Notes: generated by a model not told the origin, from the letters alone. Counted from the first letter of the whole stretch, positions 26,935 through 39,442 are shown. The stretch is 63,391 nt of DNA, filler included, from Chiloscyllium plagiosum (GCF_004010195.1; 5 parts of one record of this genome joined end to end with filler, not necessarily neighbours in it); one strand, 5' to 3'. Translations and numbers: made by a program.

Positions 26935-27300
26935 TTCCCCCTCCCTCTCTCGCCCCCTCTCTCTCGGCCCCCTCTCTCTCTCACCCCCCTTCTCTCGCCC
27001 CTGTCTCTCTCTCTCTTCCTCTTGCTGCCATCTTCCTCCCTCTCTTGCCCCATCTGTTTGCCCCTCTCTCGTTCCCTCTCTTGACTATATTCCTCTCTCC
27101 TCTCTCTCTCATTGAGGGAGAGAGGAAAGAGTGGAGGCAGGTGGAGAAACCGTGATTGGGGGTGTGTGTGATAGCGAGGGGGGAATGAGTGAGAGTGAAA
27201 AGGAGAGGTGTTGAGAAGGAAAGAGGAGGCAGTGATAGAGAGGGAGAGCAATGAGGAGAAACCGTAGGGAAGAGGAAAGGGGGAGTCCAGGTTGGAGTGG
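26935..27300. repeat. CT-rich then GA-rich low-complexity tract
   Basis: Directly visible. Confidence 0.8.
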
Positions 27301-27686
27301 GGAGACAGAGGGAGTTAAACCCAGCTCTTGAGCTCAGGACGCGGTGCCCTCCCCTTCCCTGAGGACAAAGACTTGGGGCTGAGTCTGTCTCTCTCCAGCT
27401 CAGCTTCTCCAACACAAAGACACACAACAACATCGGTCACTCTGCTATTCAGCACACTTTAAAGAACGTTTTTATTGTTTACAAATGGAAGTTATGAATA
27501 CAGTCAGTGGGATGGTGCCTTTTCTCACTGGCCCCTGAGTTGTGAGAAACATTGAAATGTTTCCCTGTAAACCCCCTGTGGGATAAGGAGGGACACACCA
27601 GTGCTATCCTCAGTCTGTTAACATAGCGACAGGCTGCTCCATCACTGAAACACTGAACTGAAATGAGAAAATCCCGGATGGAGTGA

Positions 27687-28586
27687 TTAATGAGGGAATT
27701 TGATGGATGGATGGATCTGGGTGAAGGGATATTTCAGCACATTCTTCAGCTGCTGCCTGAACTTAGTCTGGGTCACGGCATTAATCACGGTGTTTGTGCA
27801 GGAACTGAGGAGCTGCAGAATGAAGCCCAATTCCTGCACAAACCAATCGAGATACACAGACTTATAATCAATATCCCACATCCGGTGCCATAGAGAATAC
27901 ATCATTAACGTTGACCATAGCAGGAAGAAATTGGCCGAGATTGCAAACAGTAATATGATGGATTATTTTCGGTTTCTCATTTCAGTGTCACACCGACCGT
28001 CCGCATTGGTGTGAGCGCGGAGTCTCCTGCGGGCTCTGCTTGTCACTAAAATGTGTCTGACGGTGAAAACATTGAGCAGCAGAATCAGGAGAAATGGAAC
28101 ACCCGGGTGAGAATGTGGTGGAAGAACTCGATTGTGGCGCAGTAATTGGATAATCGAACAGTGAATGTTATGTCACAAAACCAGGGATTGTTCCACAGCC
28201 AATACCGAGCCATGAGAATAAAATACCCGGAAATGTTCTTTAAACAGTCACTGCTCCCAGAACCACAGCCGCCGTTTTCTCACTGCAATATTTACTTTTC
28301 AGCTTCTGGCAACAAATGGCCACAAACCGATCAAAGGTGAAAGTGACGGTGAACCAGACAGAGCAGTCAGTGGCTGCATAAATCAGGATGGCGTGGATAT
28401 TACACACGGGGACGGAACCCTTCAGGAAATAAAACTGTTCCTGATAAACAATGGGAATGTGTCTCAGGATCAGGTCGAGGATAATGACCAGGAGATTCGC
28501 CGCTGCCGTGGCCACCAGGTAACGTTTGACACATGGAGACAATCCACAATCTTTATAAAGCAGGACGTAGATGGTCAGTACGTTAA
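27687..28586 (-). pseudogene. Class A (rhodopsin-like) GPCR pseudogene, GPR139/GPR142-like, main coding exon (copy L)
   Basis: ctcacag| acceptor, then VNVLTIYVLL...LLVIILDLIL...VCNIH...VTFTFDRFVAICC...; TM7 LQLLSSCTNTVINAVTQTKFR; two frameshifts (~28245, ~28105) and a TAA (~27965); AATAAA at 27471-27476. Confidence 0.88.
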
Positions 28587-29144
28587 CTGTGAGAAAGGAA
28601 ATCAAACCCAGTATCCATCAGCCTGGAGGTAAAGGGACCTGTTTGATTGGGGACCCAGTGAGATTTTCAAATGTGCGCCTGTATTCAGGGATATATTAAA
28701 ATAATTGGAGCTGGAATAACAAATGGGAAGGTCAGAATTACTGACAAAAATTTGACAGAAACCACAAGAAACCTTCCCTCCCTAAACACAGAGACACATC
28801 CATAAGGACAGATGGTTTCTAGAACATTCCCACATACGCGATCACTCGAGAGCAGAAACAGGTCACCCCTTCCCAGTTCCTAATATTGAGGGTGGAAACG
28901 TTGCTGTCCTGAAGGATTCGCTCCCAGTTTCCCGAAGACACACGGAATTTGGGAATTCCTGTATTTTGGTCTAAATTGTGGTCGATCCTGTGTCGGGGAG
29001 AAATATAAACGCCGGGAATACGTATTCCCCAATTTAACTGCCTGAGCGGCCTTCGGGACAGTGTCTCCTTCTCCCTGGAACGGGATGTCTTCCCTCGGGA
29101 TCTTATCGTTTGTTCAATTCACTGACTTCCGGCCGTTCAGAAAC

Positions 29145-29255
29145 AATGTCAGGGATAGAACTTTGCAGGGAATGTCAGTTATAGAATGTCGGGGACAGAA
29201 CGTTCCGGGGAATGTCAGTTATAAAATGTCTAGGATGGAATGATCCGGGGAACTC
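29145..29255 (-). repeat. 40-bp intronic minisatellite, ~2.7 copies
   Basis: Reverse complement of the array at 39701-39878. Confidence 0.8.
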
Positions 29256-29289
29256 CTTGACCTCTCCATGACCTTCCCGCATCCAGCCG

Positions 29290-29500
29290 ACCCTCCTCTC
29301 TGACCTATCACATCTTTCTCATCTCCGTATCTCAATCACATTCCCAACTCCCTTCACCCCAGCACCAGCTCCTGTCCAGCCCCTCCCATTTATCTCTCAG
29401 CTCCCCAGTCCACAAGCAGTCCACAAGTCCTCTCTTTCCTGATGAAGGGATTATGCCTGAAACGTTCATTCCCCTGCTCCTCGGATGCTTTTCCAGCACT
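29290..29500 (+). mobile_element. Penelope-like terminal fragment with hammerhead-like motif
   Basis: ctgatgaagggattatgcctgaaacgtt at 29439-29466; similar to 59151-59360. Confidence 0.6.
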
Positions 29501-29574
29501 GCACTTCCAGTGAGCAAACAGTCCGAAACCATCATACTCACAAGATCAGGCCTGATGGGTCATGTTTCATGAAG

Positions 29575-29752
29575 GAGAATGTGAGGTCTGCAGATGCTGG
29601 AGATCAGAGGTGAAAATGTGTTGCTGGAACAGCGCAGCATGTCAGGCAGCATCCAGGGAACAGGCGAATAAGGGCTTCTGCCCGAAACGTCGATTCTCCT
29701 GTTCCCTGGATGCTGCCTGACATGCTGCGCTGTTCCAGCAACACATTTTCAG
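29575..29752. mobile_element. Penelope-derived fold-back mini-element with 14-bp TSD
   Basis: TSD catgtttcatgaag (29561-29574) / catgtgtcatgaag (29753-29766); inverted arms tgaaaatgtgttgctggaacagcg... / ...cgctgttccagcaacacattttca. Confidence 0.75.
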
Positions 29753-29931
29753 CATGTGTCATGAAGCCCCATCACCATCCCTGGGCATATCCTGTCCAAC
29801 CGGCAGGACAGACCCACCAGCGGCGGCGATTCCCTGGGATACAGTCAGGGAAGGATTTACCCTGCAATTCCCCAACAATGATTCTAGAACCCGGAAGACT
29901 CATTGGAACAGGATCAGGCCTGATGGGTAAT

Positions 29932-30258
29932 TTAGTTTAGATTAGATTACCTACAGTGTGGAAACAGGCCCTTCAGCCCAAAAAGTCCACACCAACCCTC
30001 CGAAGCGCAACCCGCCCAGTCCCATTCCCTTACATTTATCCCTTCACAAAACACTACGGACAATTTCCCATAGCCAATTCACCTAACCTGTGCATTTATT
30101 TTGGACTGTGGGAGGAACCCGGAGCACACAGAAGAAACCCACGCAGACACGGGATGTAATGTGCAAACTCCACACAGTCAGTCACCTGAGGCAGGAATTG
30201 AACCCGGGTCTCTGGTGCTGTGAGGCAACAGAGCAAACCACTGTGCCACCGTGCTCCC
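29932..30258 (-). mobile_element. HE1-type V-SINE, near full length
   Basis: (ttaga)n tail, cagtgtggaaacaggcccttc, V-domain core, tRNA head. Confidence 0.9.
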
Positions 30259-31254
30259 ACATAATGTTTCATGAAGCCCCATCACCATCCCGGGGTATAT
30301 CCTGTCCCACCGGCAGTACAGAACCACCAGTGGTGGGGACACCCTGGGATACAGTCAGGGAAGGGGTTACCCTGCAAATCCCCAACATTGATTCCAGAGC
30401 CCAGGAAATCTCATGGTTGCAGATCATGGTGAAGAAAATCCCCTGAGAATGGTTATCTCCTGCTCCCACCCCTCCTGTCGGTGATAACTCGATTTTGGAA
30501 ACAAATCAGAGGCAGCACTGAGAGTGACAAGGACTTCAATGTCCATCACCAGGAGTGTCCCCACAGGCCCCCCACTGCCTGAGCAGGAACAGGCTTCAAT
30601 ACACAACAGCCAGGCTGGTGGACACATTCTCATCAAACTCCTTGTCCCTGATGGATCTGTCCCTGACAGTATCTGTAGGAGCAGCCAGCACACAGTCCTG
30701 GTGAAGGGAAAGTTTCAGCCTTATATTTAACACACTCAATATTAGTGTGTTCCTGGGAAAGGTACAGCAGGTCAGGCAACATCGAGGAGCAGGAAAATCA
30801 CTGTTTCAGGCAGCAGACCTTCATGACGAATGAGGCGGAGAGCCTTCGGGATGGAGAGATAAATCATATTAGGCGGTCTGCTCACTTTGTCATGTGCCAC
30901 TCCTTCCTGTGAAGTAGGACATACTTCTAAAGGGCTGAGCACATGGAAACTGGCCATCCATGAGATACTGTGGGCTAGCAGCAGCCGCAGTATCAATGGC
31001 CTTCCCTCCATCATAAAGTCAGAAATGGCCTTTTCACTGATGGTTTCAAAATATTCAGCACCACTCACAACTGCACCGATACCAGCACAGGCAATTCAGT
31101 CCATCAAGTGTTTTAAACAGGAACAGAATGAGACCAATCAGCCATTGGAGGCTGTTACTCCGAATTTGGTGAAGATGTCTAAATGTCTCATACCTGGTAC
31201 ACAGGAATTGGAAGGGAACATTCAGCATTTCAAAGCTGCTACACAGGAATACGG

Positions 31255-34200
31255 AGAGCTGTGTAGACCACAGCAGTTCATTGATCTATAAACCCGGACC
31301 AGATATCTGTACAGCACAGGGTACAGTGCAGAATTCACTAGTGCACTAATATGTGAACCTGAAAGATATATCCATCCAGTATGTGGAGCTGCACGGACTA
31401 CACAATTGCATTAACTATGAACATCAACCAGTTAGTCTGACCAGCACAGCAAACTGTGCAGTAATCAGCAGTGAATTAATAGTTAAAAGGGGAGCAGTTA
31501 CCCTCCCAGCATGTAGGACTGTGTCCACCACCCCAGTGCATTTATCTGTAAACCAGGAGCGTTTACCCTCGCAGCATGTAGGACTGTGTCCACCACCCCA
31601 GTGCATTGATCTGTAAATCAGGAGCCGTTACCCTCACCGCATGTCGGGCTGTGTGTCCTACCCCAGTACATTGATCTTTAAACTTTGAGCAGTTAACCTT
31701 CCACCACGTAGCTGTGTACACCACCGCAGTGCATTTATCTGTAAACCAAGAACAGGTACACTCACTGCACGTAGGAAAATTTACATCACCCCACTGAATT
31801 GATCTGTAAAACAGGAGTAGTTACCCTCCCAGCATGCAGATCTGTGTGCACCACACCAGGGCATTGATCTGTAAAGCAGGAGCCGTTATACTCCTAGCAT
31901 TTAGGACGATGTACTGCACTCCAGTACATTGATCTGTAAACCAGGAGCAGTTTCCCTCCCAGCATGTGGAGCTGTGTGCACCAAGCCAATGCATTGAACT
32001 GTAAACCCGGAGCACTTACCCTTCCAGCATGTAGGACTGTGTACACCACCGCAGTTACATCGATCTGTGAACCAGGAGCATTTAACATCTCAGCATGTAC
32101 GACTGTGTATACCACCCCGCATTCCTGAAGAAGGGCTAATGCCCGAAACGTCGATTCTCCTGTTCCCTAGATGCTGCCTGACCTGCTGCGCTTTTCCAGC
32201 AACACATTTCCATCTCTATACCACCCCATTGCTTTGTTCTGTAAAGCAAGAGCAGTTACCCTACCCGCATGTAGGACTGTGTACACCACCCCAGTGCATC
32301 GATCTGCAATCTAGGAACTGATAACCTTCCAGAAAGGAGAGCTGTGGACACCAGCCCAGTGCATTGATCTGAAAACTACGAGCATTTACCCTCCCAACAT
32401 GTAGGACTGTGTACACCATTCCAGTGCATTGATCTGTAAACCAGGAGCAGTTACCCTACTCGCATGTACGACTGTGTACAAAACCCCAGTGCATTGATCT
32501 TTAAACGAGGAGCAGTTTACCTTCCAGCACGGAGATCTGTGCACCCCACCACAGTGCATTGATCTCTAAACAAAGAGCAGATACTTTCGCAGCGTGCAGG
32601 ACAGTGTACACCACCCCTGTCCATTGATCTGTAACCCAGCAGTAGTTACCCTCCCAGTATGTAGGTCTATGTACCCCACCCCAGTGTATTGATGTGTAAA
32701 CCAGCAACAGTTATCCTCCCAGCATGTAGAACCGAGTGCATCACCGAATTGCATTCATCTGCAAACCAGGAGCAGTTTCTCTCCAAGCATGTAGGACGGT
32801 GTACACCACCCAAGTGCATTGATCTGAAAACCAGCAACAGTTACCCTCCCAGCATGTAAAGCTGAGTGCACCACCCCAGTGTATTGATGTACAAACCAGG
32901 AGCAGATACCCTCAAAGCGTGTAGGTCTGTGTTCACCACCCAAATGCATTGATCTGAAAACGAGGAACATTTACCCTCGCAGAATGTAAGACTGTGTACA
33001 CCACCACAGTGCATTGATCTGTAAACCAGAAGCAGTTACACTCCCAGTCGGTCGGACTGCGTACACCACCCCAGTGCATTGACCTGTCAACCAGGAGCAG
33101 TTACCATCACAGCATGTAGGACTATGTACAACACGCCTGGGCATTGATCTGCAAACCAGGAGCAGAACTCCAAAAAGCATATAGAACTGTGCACCCACCC
33201 CCAGTGCATTCATCTGTAAACTAGAAGCAGTTACACTCCCAGCATGTAGGACTGAGTACCCCAACCCAGTGCGTTGATCTGTAATCCAGAAGAAGTTACC
33301 TTTCCAGCATGTAGGACTGGGTACACGACCCCAGTACATTGATCTTTAAACTTGGAGCAGTTAACCTTCCACCACGTAGCTGTGTACACCACCGCAGTGC
33401 ATTTATCTGTAAACCAAGAACAGGTACACTCACTGCACGTAGGAAAATTTACATCACCCCACTGCATTGATCTGTAAAACTGGAGTAGTTACCCTCCCAG
33501 CATGCAGATCTGTGTGCACCACACCAGGGCATTGATCTGTAAAGCAGGAGCCGTTATACTCCTAGCATTTAGGACGATGTACTGCACTCCAGTACATTGA
33601 TCTGTAAACCAGGAGCAGTTTCCCTCCCAGCATGTGGAGCTGTGTGCACCAAGCCAATGCATTGAACTGTAAACCCGGAGCACTTACCCTTCCAGCATGT
33701 AGGACTGTGTACACCACCGCAGTTCAGCATGTAGGACTGGGTACACGACCCCAGTACATTGATCTGTAAACCAGGAGCCATTAAACTCCCAGCGTGTAGG
33801 ACTGTGAACCGCAACTAGTGCTTTGATCTGTAAACCAGGAGCAGTTACCCTCCCAGCAAGTAGGGCTGTGTTCCCCAACACCAGTGCATTGATATATAAG
33901 CCTGGAGCAGTTACCCTCCCAGATAGTAGGACTGTGAACCCCAACCCAGTGCTTTGATCTGTAAACCAGGAGGAGTTAACCTCCCAGCATGTAGTACTGT
34001 GAACCCCACTCCAGTGTATTAATCTGTAAACCAGCAGCAGTTACCTTCGCAGCATGTAGGACTGTGTACCCCAATCCATTGCATTGAACTGTAAACCCTC
34101 AGCTGTTACTCTCCCCGCATGTAGGACTGTGTACGGCAACCCAGTGCGTTGGATTGTAAACCAGCAGCACTTACCCTCCCAGCATGTAGGACAGTGTACA

Positions 34201-36066
34201 CCACTACAGTGCATTGACCTGTAAACCAGGAGCAGTTAACCTCCCAGCAAGTAGGACTGTGTACCCAACCCTATTGCATTGAACTGTAAACGCTCAGCTG
34301 TTACTCTCCCAGCATGTAGGAGAGTGTACCCCACCCCAGTGGATTAATCTGGAAAGCAGGAGCATTTAACCTCCAAGAATGTAGGACAGTGTATCCCACC
34401 CCAGTGCATTGATCGGTTATCTAGAAGCAGTTACACTCCTAGCATGTAGGATTGCGAACATCACACGAGGGCATTGATCTGTAAGACAGGAGCAGTTAGC
34501 CTCCCAGAATATAGGACTGTGTACCCCACCCCAGTGCATTGATCTGTAAACCAGGAGCAGTTACCATCCAAGCATATTGGACTGGGTACCCCACATCACT
34601 GCATTGATTTGGAAACCTGGATCAGTTACTCTACCAACATATAGGACAGTGTACACCACCCCAGTGCATTGATCTGTATACCAGGAGCCGTTAGCCTCCA
34701 AGCATTTAGGACTGTGCACAACAACGCAGTGCATTGATATGTAAACCAGGAGCCATTGCCCTCCCAGCATGTAGAGCTGTGTACACCAACCCAGTGCATT
34801 GATCTGTAAACCTGGAGCAGTTACCCTCCCAGCGTGTAGGAATGTGTACACCACACCAGTGCATTGATTTGTAAACCAGGAGCATTTACCCCACTCCCCC
34901 ATGTAGGATTGTGTGCACCACCCAGTGCATTTATCTGTAAACCAAGAACAGTTACCCTCCCAGCATGTAGGACTGTATGCACCACCCCAGTGCATTGATC
35001 TGTAATCTAGGATTAGTTAACCTTCCAGCACGAAGAGCTGTGTACACCACCCCAGCGCGATGAACTGTAAACGAGGGGCAGTTAGCTTCCCCGCATGCAG
35101 AGCTGCGTGCACCAAAGCGGTGCATTGACCTGAAAACCAGGAGCAGTTACCATCCCCGAATGTAGGATTGTACACACTAACCAAGTGCATTGATCTGTAA
35201 CCAAGGAGCCGTAAGCCTCCCAGCATTTATGACTGTGTACACCAACCCTGTGCATTGATCTGTAACCCAGGAGCAGTTACCCTCCCAGCATGTAGGGCTG
35301 TGTACCCCACCTCAATGCATTGATCTGCAAACTAGGAACTGATAACCTTACAGAAAACAGAGCTGTGTACACTTGCCCAGTGCATTGATCTGAAAACTAC
35401 GAGCATTTACCCTCCCAACATGTAGGACGGTGTGCACCATCCCAGTGCATTGAACTGTAAAACCAGGAGCAGTTACCCTCCCCGCATGAAGGACTTTGTA
35501 CACCATCCCAGTGCATTGAGCTGTAAACCAGGAGCAGTTTCCCTACCAGCATGTAGAGCTGTGTGAACCACCCCAATGCATTGAACTGTAAACCAGGAGC
35601 ACTGACCCTTCTAGCATGAAGGACTGTGTACTCCACGTCAGTGCATTGATCTGGAAACCAGGAGCAATTACCATCCCAGCATGTAGGACTGTGTACACCA
35701 CCGCAGTACATTGAACTGTAAATCAGGAGCATTTAACCTCCCAGCATGTACGACTGTGTATACCACCCCATTGCTTTGTTCTGAAAAGCAAGAGCAGTTA
35801 CCCTACCCGCATGTAGGACTGTGTACACCACCCCAGTGCATCGATCTGTAAACTAGGAACTGATAACCTTCCAGAAAGGAGAGCTGTGGACACCAGCCCA
35901 GTGCATTGATCTGAAAACTACGAGCATTTACCCTCCCAACATGTAGAACTGTGTACACCATTCCAGTGCATTGATCTGTAAACGAGGAGCAGTTACCCTA
36001 CCCGCATGTAGGACTGTGTACAAAACCCCAGTGCGTTGATCATTAAACTAGGAGCAGTTAACCTTC
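31255..36066 (+). repeat. 65-bp satellite array L (ccagtgcattgatctgtaaaccaggagcagttaccctcccagcatgtaggactgtgtacaccacc), ~70+ diverged units
   Basis: Period 65 (gcatt at 34536 and 34601); directly visible. Confidence 0.95.
32119..32216 (+). mobile_element. Young Penelope-like terminal fragment inserted in the satellite, TSD tataccacccc
   Basis: TSD at 32108-32118 and 32217-32227; empty site at ~35758; almost identical to 58293-58384. Confidence 0.85.
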
Positions 36067-36424
36067 ACCCTCTGCCAATACTTGTGCAGTGGCGTGTGCA
36101 AGCCAGCAGAGGGTAGCGTTGCATCACTTTAAGCACCGCAGAGACTGCCAGACCTGGCCCACACAGATACAGAGATACACACACGGAGATGGTGAGGAGA
36201 TGACGTGAAGCTCATCTGGTAATTTTAATTAAACATACCAGTATTGGGAATATAGCAGTATTTCCCATGCTCACACACGTGAGTGGGGCAGGATTTTAGT
36301 TGTTTCATGTGGACTGTAATGCTATGACAATACCAATGTTTGTAGATGGCAACAAACCTGGAAGAATTGTAATGTCTATGGAGGACAGTGTGGAACTCTA
36401 ACAGGACAATCACACGTTGATGTA

Positions 36425-36620
36425 GTGTTCAGGTTTTCGAAGATGGGGATCAATGCAGAGCAGTTTGAGGTGATACACTTTGGTAGGAAAGACAATGAAA
36501 GACATTTTAAAACAGGCTGTGCCATTATAAAGGTGGTGCAGGAGCAGAGAGCGCTGGGTGTATATGAGCACAGATTGTTGAAGATGTCAGGACAGGTGGG
36601 GAGAGCAGTAACTGTCACAG
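36425..36620 (+). mobile_element. CR1 RT C-terminal fragment
   Basis: EVIHFGRKDN...VQEQRALGVYEHRLLK. Confidence 0.7.
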
Positions 36621-38249
36621 ATCAGTTTCAGTATCTGAGCTGTTTACAGGAGGTGGTGTAGGAGGGAGTCTCCGTGCTCCCTTCCTGGGAGGTGGTGGTG
36701 ACGATGTGATGTGAGTCCACCTTCCTGCCCACCGAGACGGTGGGGATTCCATTTGTACCAGCTCGACACAAAAGGAAGATGGCATCAGGGCCAAGGCTTC
36801 CAAGTTGTGTCGGGAAGATACGGAGCTGCCCGTGGGTTTAAAGTGAGAATTGCCCTTCACTGAATCTTGCTCCTTACTCAGTCTGTGGGACTTGGATGTT
36901 TCAGAATCTCCACACGAGGCTTCGTGGTCCTCTCCGGCTCCTACCAGCCCCACCCCACCCCCAATGGCGGGAGGAGGAGGGGTGAGGGAACGGATATCGG
37001 GCACTTCACCACCTTCATAGGCACGTTCTGTACTATTCCAGGCTGTTTCTCCTGGAATGGGAGAAAGGGAGAGAGAGAAGGAGGGTGGGAGTGTGTGGTC
37101 CTGTTGTTAATGTTAGTGTAGGTGGGGACGGGGTCAAAATGAAGTGTTCGGAGGGAGTCAGACCACAGTGTTGTATCCATGCAGTGTTATTAATGGGAGG
37201 GGGGTGTAAAGTGGAGAAAGGGAAAGAGATACAGAGACAGAGACGGAAAGGGGGAAGGTGCTGCATGCAGTAGTGAGAGTGGTTGAGCATGAGCCTTGTT
37301 CGGGGTTGGTGCTATTACAGATGTACAGTGAGTGTGAGGGAGCAGAGACAATACAGTGACCCTTATCCTGACAGAACGGCGAAGGTTATTGATGCTTGTT
37401 CTGTATTGCTGGGCATTTCTTCAGACCACAGATATTGCACTGAGCTGGGTCGGGAGCTCAGACCATGCTCGGTGGATCTGGTGGTGTGGCCCCCTCTGGG
37501 AAGAGAATGCCCCTTAATGACCCCTTATCGGCCATGCTCAGATTAAACTGTGCAGGGCAGTTCCTTACTGACAAATTTCACCGTGTGCCCATTGGCCTTC
37601 TAAAAATCGCACCAGTGCCAGGGATCACGGAATATCCAGGAACACCCCGGCGATGAGTGGGAGATTCATGCTGGTACTGAATGAGAGGGACACCATGGGG
37701 TGGGGCGGGAAGTTAAAGAGGTGCATCCGATACGATAGCACCAGGAAACTATCTCAGCCTCGTACGGACGATCCCTCTGTCACACTCAAGGAAAATCAAA
37801 CAAAGATAAAATATTGTTCGCATCTGCCCAATGAGTCATAGGTTCTGTTGAAAGCAATTCCAGTTACAAAGATGCAGAACACATGCTCATCTGATCTCAC
37901 ACCAATATCCCTTTTTGCCATCTTTCCTGGGAAGACTGGCTCATGTTACAGGATGCTATCGAAGTGTCGACATTTCAGCATTCTGAAACCTGGGAACACA
38001 TCCTTCCATGACATTGTTCCTCAGTCTCCTCAACTCTGTCTATACCCCAAACCCCTCCCATGCGGTGTTATTTAAACTGACTCCCCTGCCATCCCCCTCT
38101 GGTAGTGGTGTTCACACACACAGGACCCCATTGTCAGGTCAACAATGGAGATATGGAGCTGTAAATGGGTGGGAGCTACACAACCTGTCACTCCCAGCAT
38201 GGGCTTAAAGTTTTCCACGCTGGGCAGGGATATAACACAGTGTTACTGA

Positions 38250-39300
38250 GCAATGCACTGGGTTGGTGTACACAGTGCTAAATGTTGAAAGGGTAACTGC
38301 TCCGGGTTTACAGATCAATACATGGGGTGGTCTACACAGTCGACATGCTGCGAAGTTAACTGCTCCTGGTTTACAGATCAATGCAATGAGGTTGAGTACA
38401 CAGTCCTAAATGCTGGGAGGGTAACTGCTCCTAGTGTACAGATCAATGCACTGGGTTGGTGAACACAGTCCTACATGGTGGAAGGGTAACTGCTCCTGGT
38501 TTAAAGATCAATGCAATGAGGTGGTGCACACAGTCCTACATACTGGGAGGTTAAAAGCTCCTGGTTTACAGATCAATGCACTGGGGTGGTGTACACTGTC
38601 CTACATGCTGGGAGGGTGTCTGCTACTTGTTTACAGATCAATGCACGGGAGTGGGCTATAAAGCCCTATGTGTTGGGAGGGTACTGCTCCTGGTTTACAG
38701 ATCAATGCACTGGGGTCTTGTACACAGTGCTACATGCTGGGAGGGTAACTGTTAACGGTTTACAGATTAATTCACGGTGATCACTGCACAGGTCGCTATG
38801 CTGGGCAGACGGTCTGGTTGAGGTTTATAGATAAAGAAATGATGTGTTTTTTGTCGCTTCTTATGCTGGATGGATAATTGTTTCAGGTTCACACATTAGT
38901 GCCCTGCTGTGGCCTGCACTTTTTCCTGTGCTGGACAGACATCTAGTTTGGGGTGACAGATCAATACCCTGCTATGGTTTGCGCAGCTCTCGGTGCTGGA
39001 CAGATATCGAGTCCGTGTTTATGGATCAATGCACTGCTGTGATCTGCACAGCTCTCCGTGCTGGAAAGATATCTTATCCTGGTTTATAGATCAATGCACT
39101 GCTGTGGTCTGCACCGCTCCTCGTGCTGGACAGATATCGAGTCCGTCTTTACAGACCAATGCACGGGTATGGTCTGCATAACTCTCGGCGCTGGACAGAT
39201 ATCTAGTCCTAGTTTATAGATCAATGCATGGGTGTAGTCTGCACTTCTCCCGTTGCTGGACAGATATCTCGTCCGTGTTTATAGATCAATGCCCTGAACT
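38250..39300 (-). repeat. 65-bp satellite array R, inverted relative to array L, ~16 units
   Basis: gggagggtaactgctcctggtttacagatcaatgcactgggg is the reverse complement of the L unit; grades into a ggacagatatc subtype after ~38800. Confidence 0.92.
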
Positions 39301-39442
39301 GATTGGTGCAGTGTTCCACTCTGGCCAGATTGTTGCGTTGTATTGACCAGTGTAATGGATGAATCTCGACAGATTGCTAGGTTGTATTGACCAGTGTAAT
39401 GGATGAATCTGGACAGATTGCTGGGTTCTACTGAGCAGTAAA

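Larger units (their letters stand above)
29505..30600 (+). mobile_element. LINE endonuclease fragments (a second, L2/CR1-like family), tandemly duplicated and carrying nested inserts
   Basis: ITIPG...SHRQ.R...GG-like atcaccatcccggggtatatcctgtcccaccggcag occurs twice (29765-29930 and 30270-30420); ggacttcaatgtccatcaccaggagtg (DFNVHHQE). Confidence 0.7.

Noticed and set aside
31255..36066. CRISPR-like array or repeat-protein ORFs in the 65-bp array
   Set aside because: No unique spacers and no cas genes, in a vertebrate context; 65 is not a multiple of 3 and the ORFs are short, cycling through frames.
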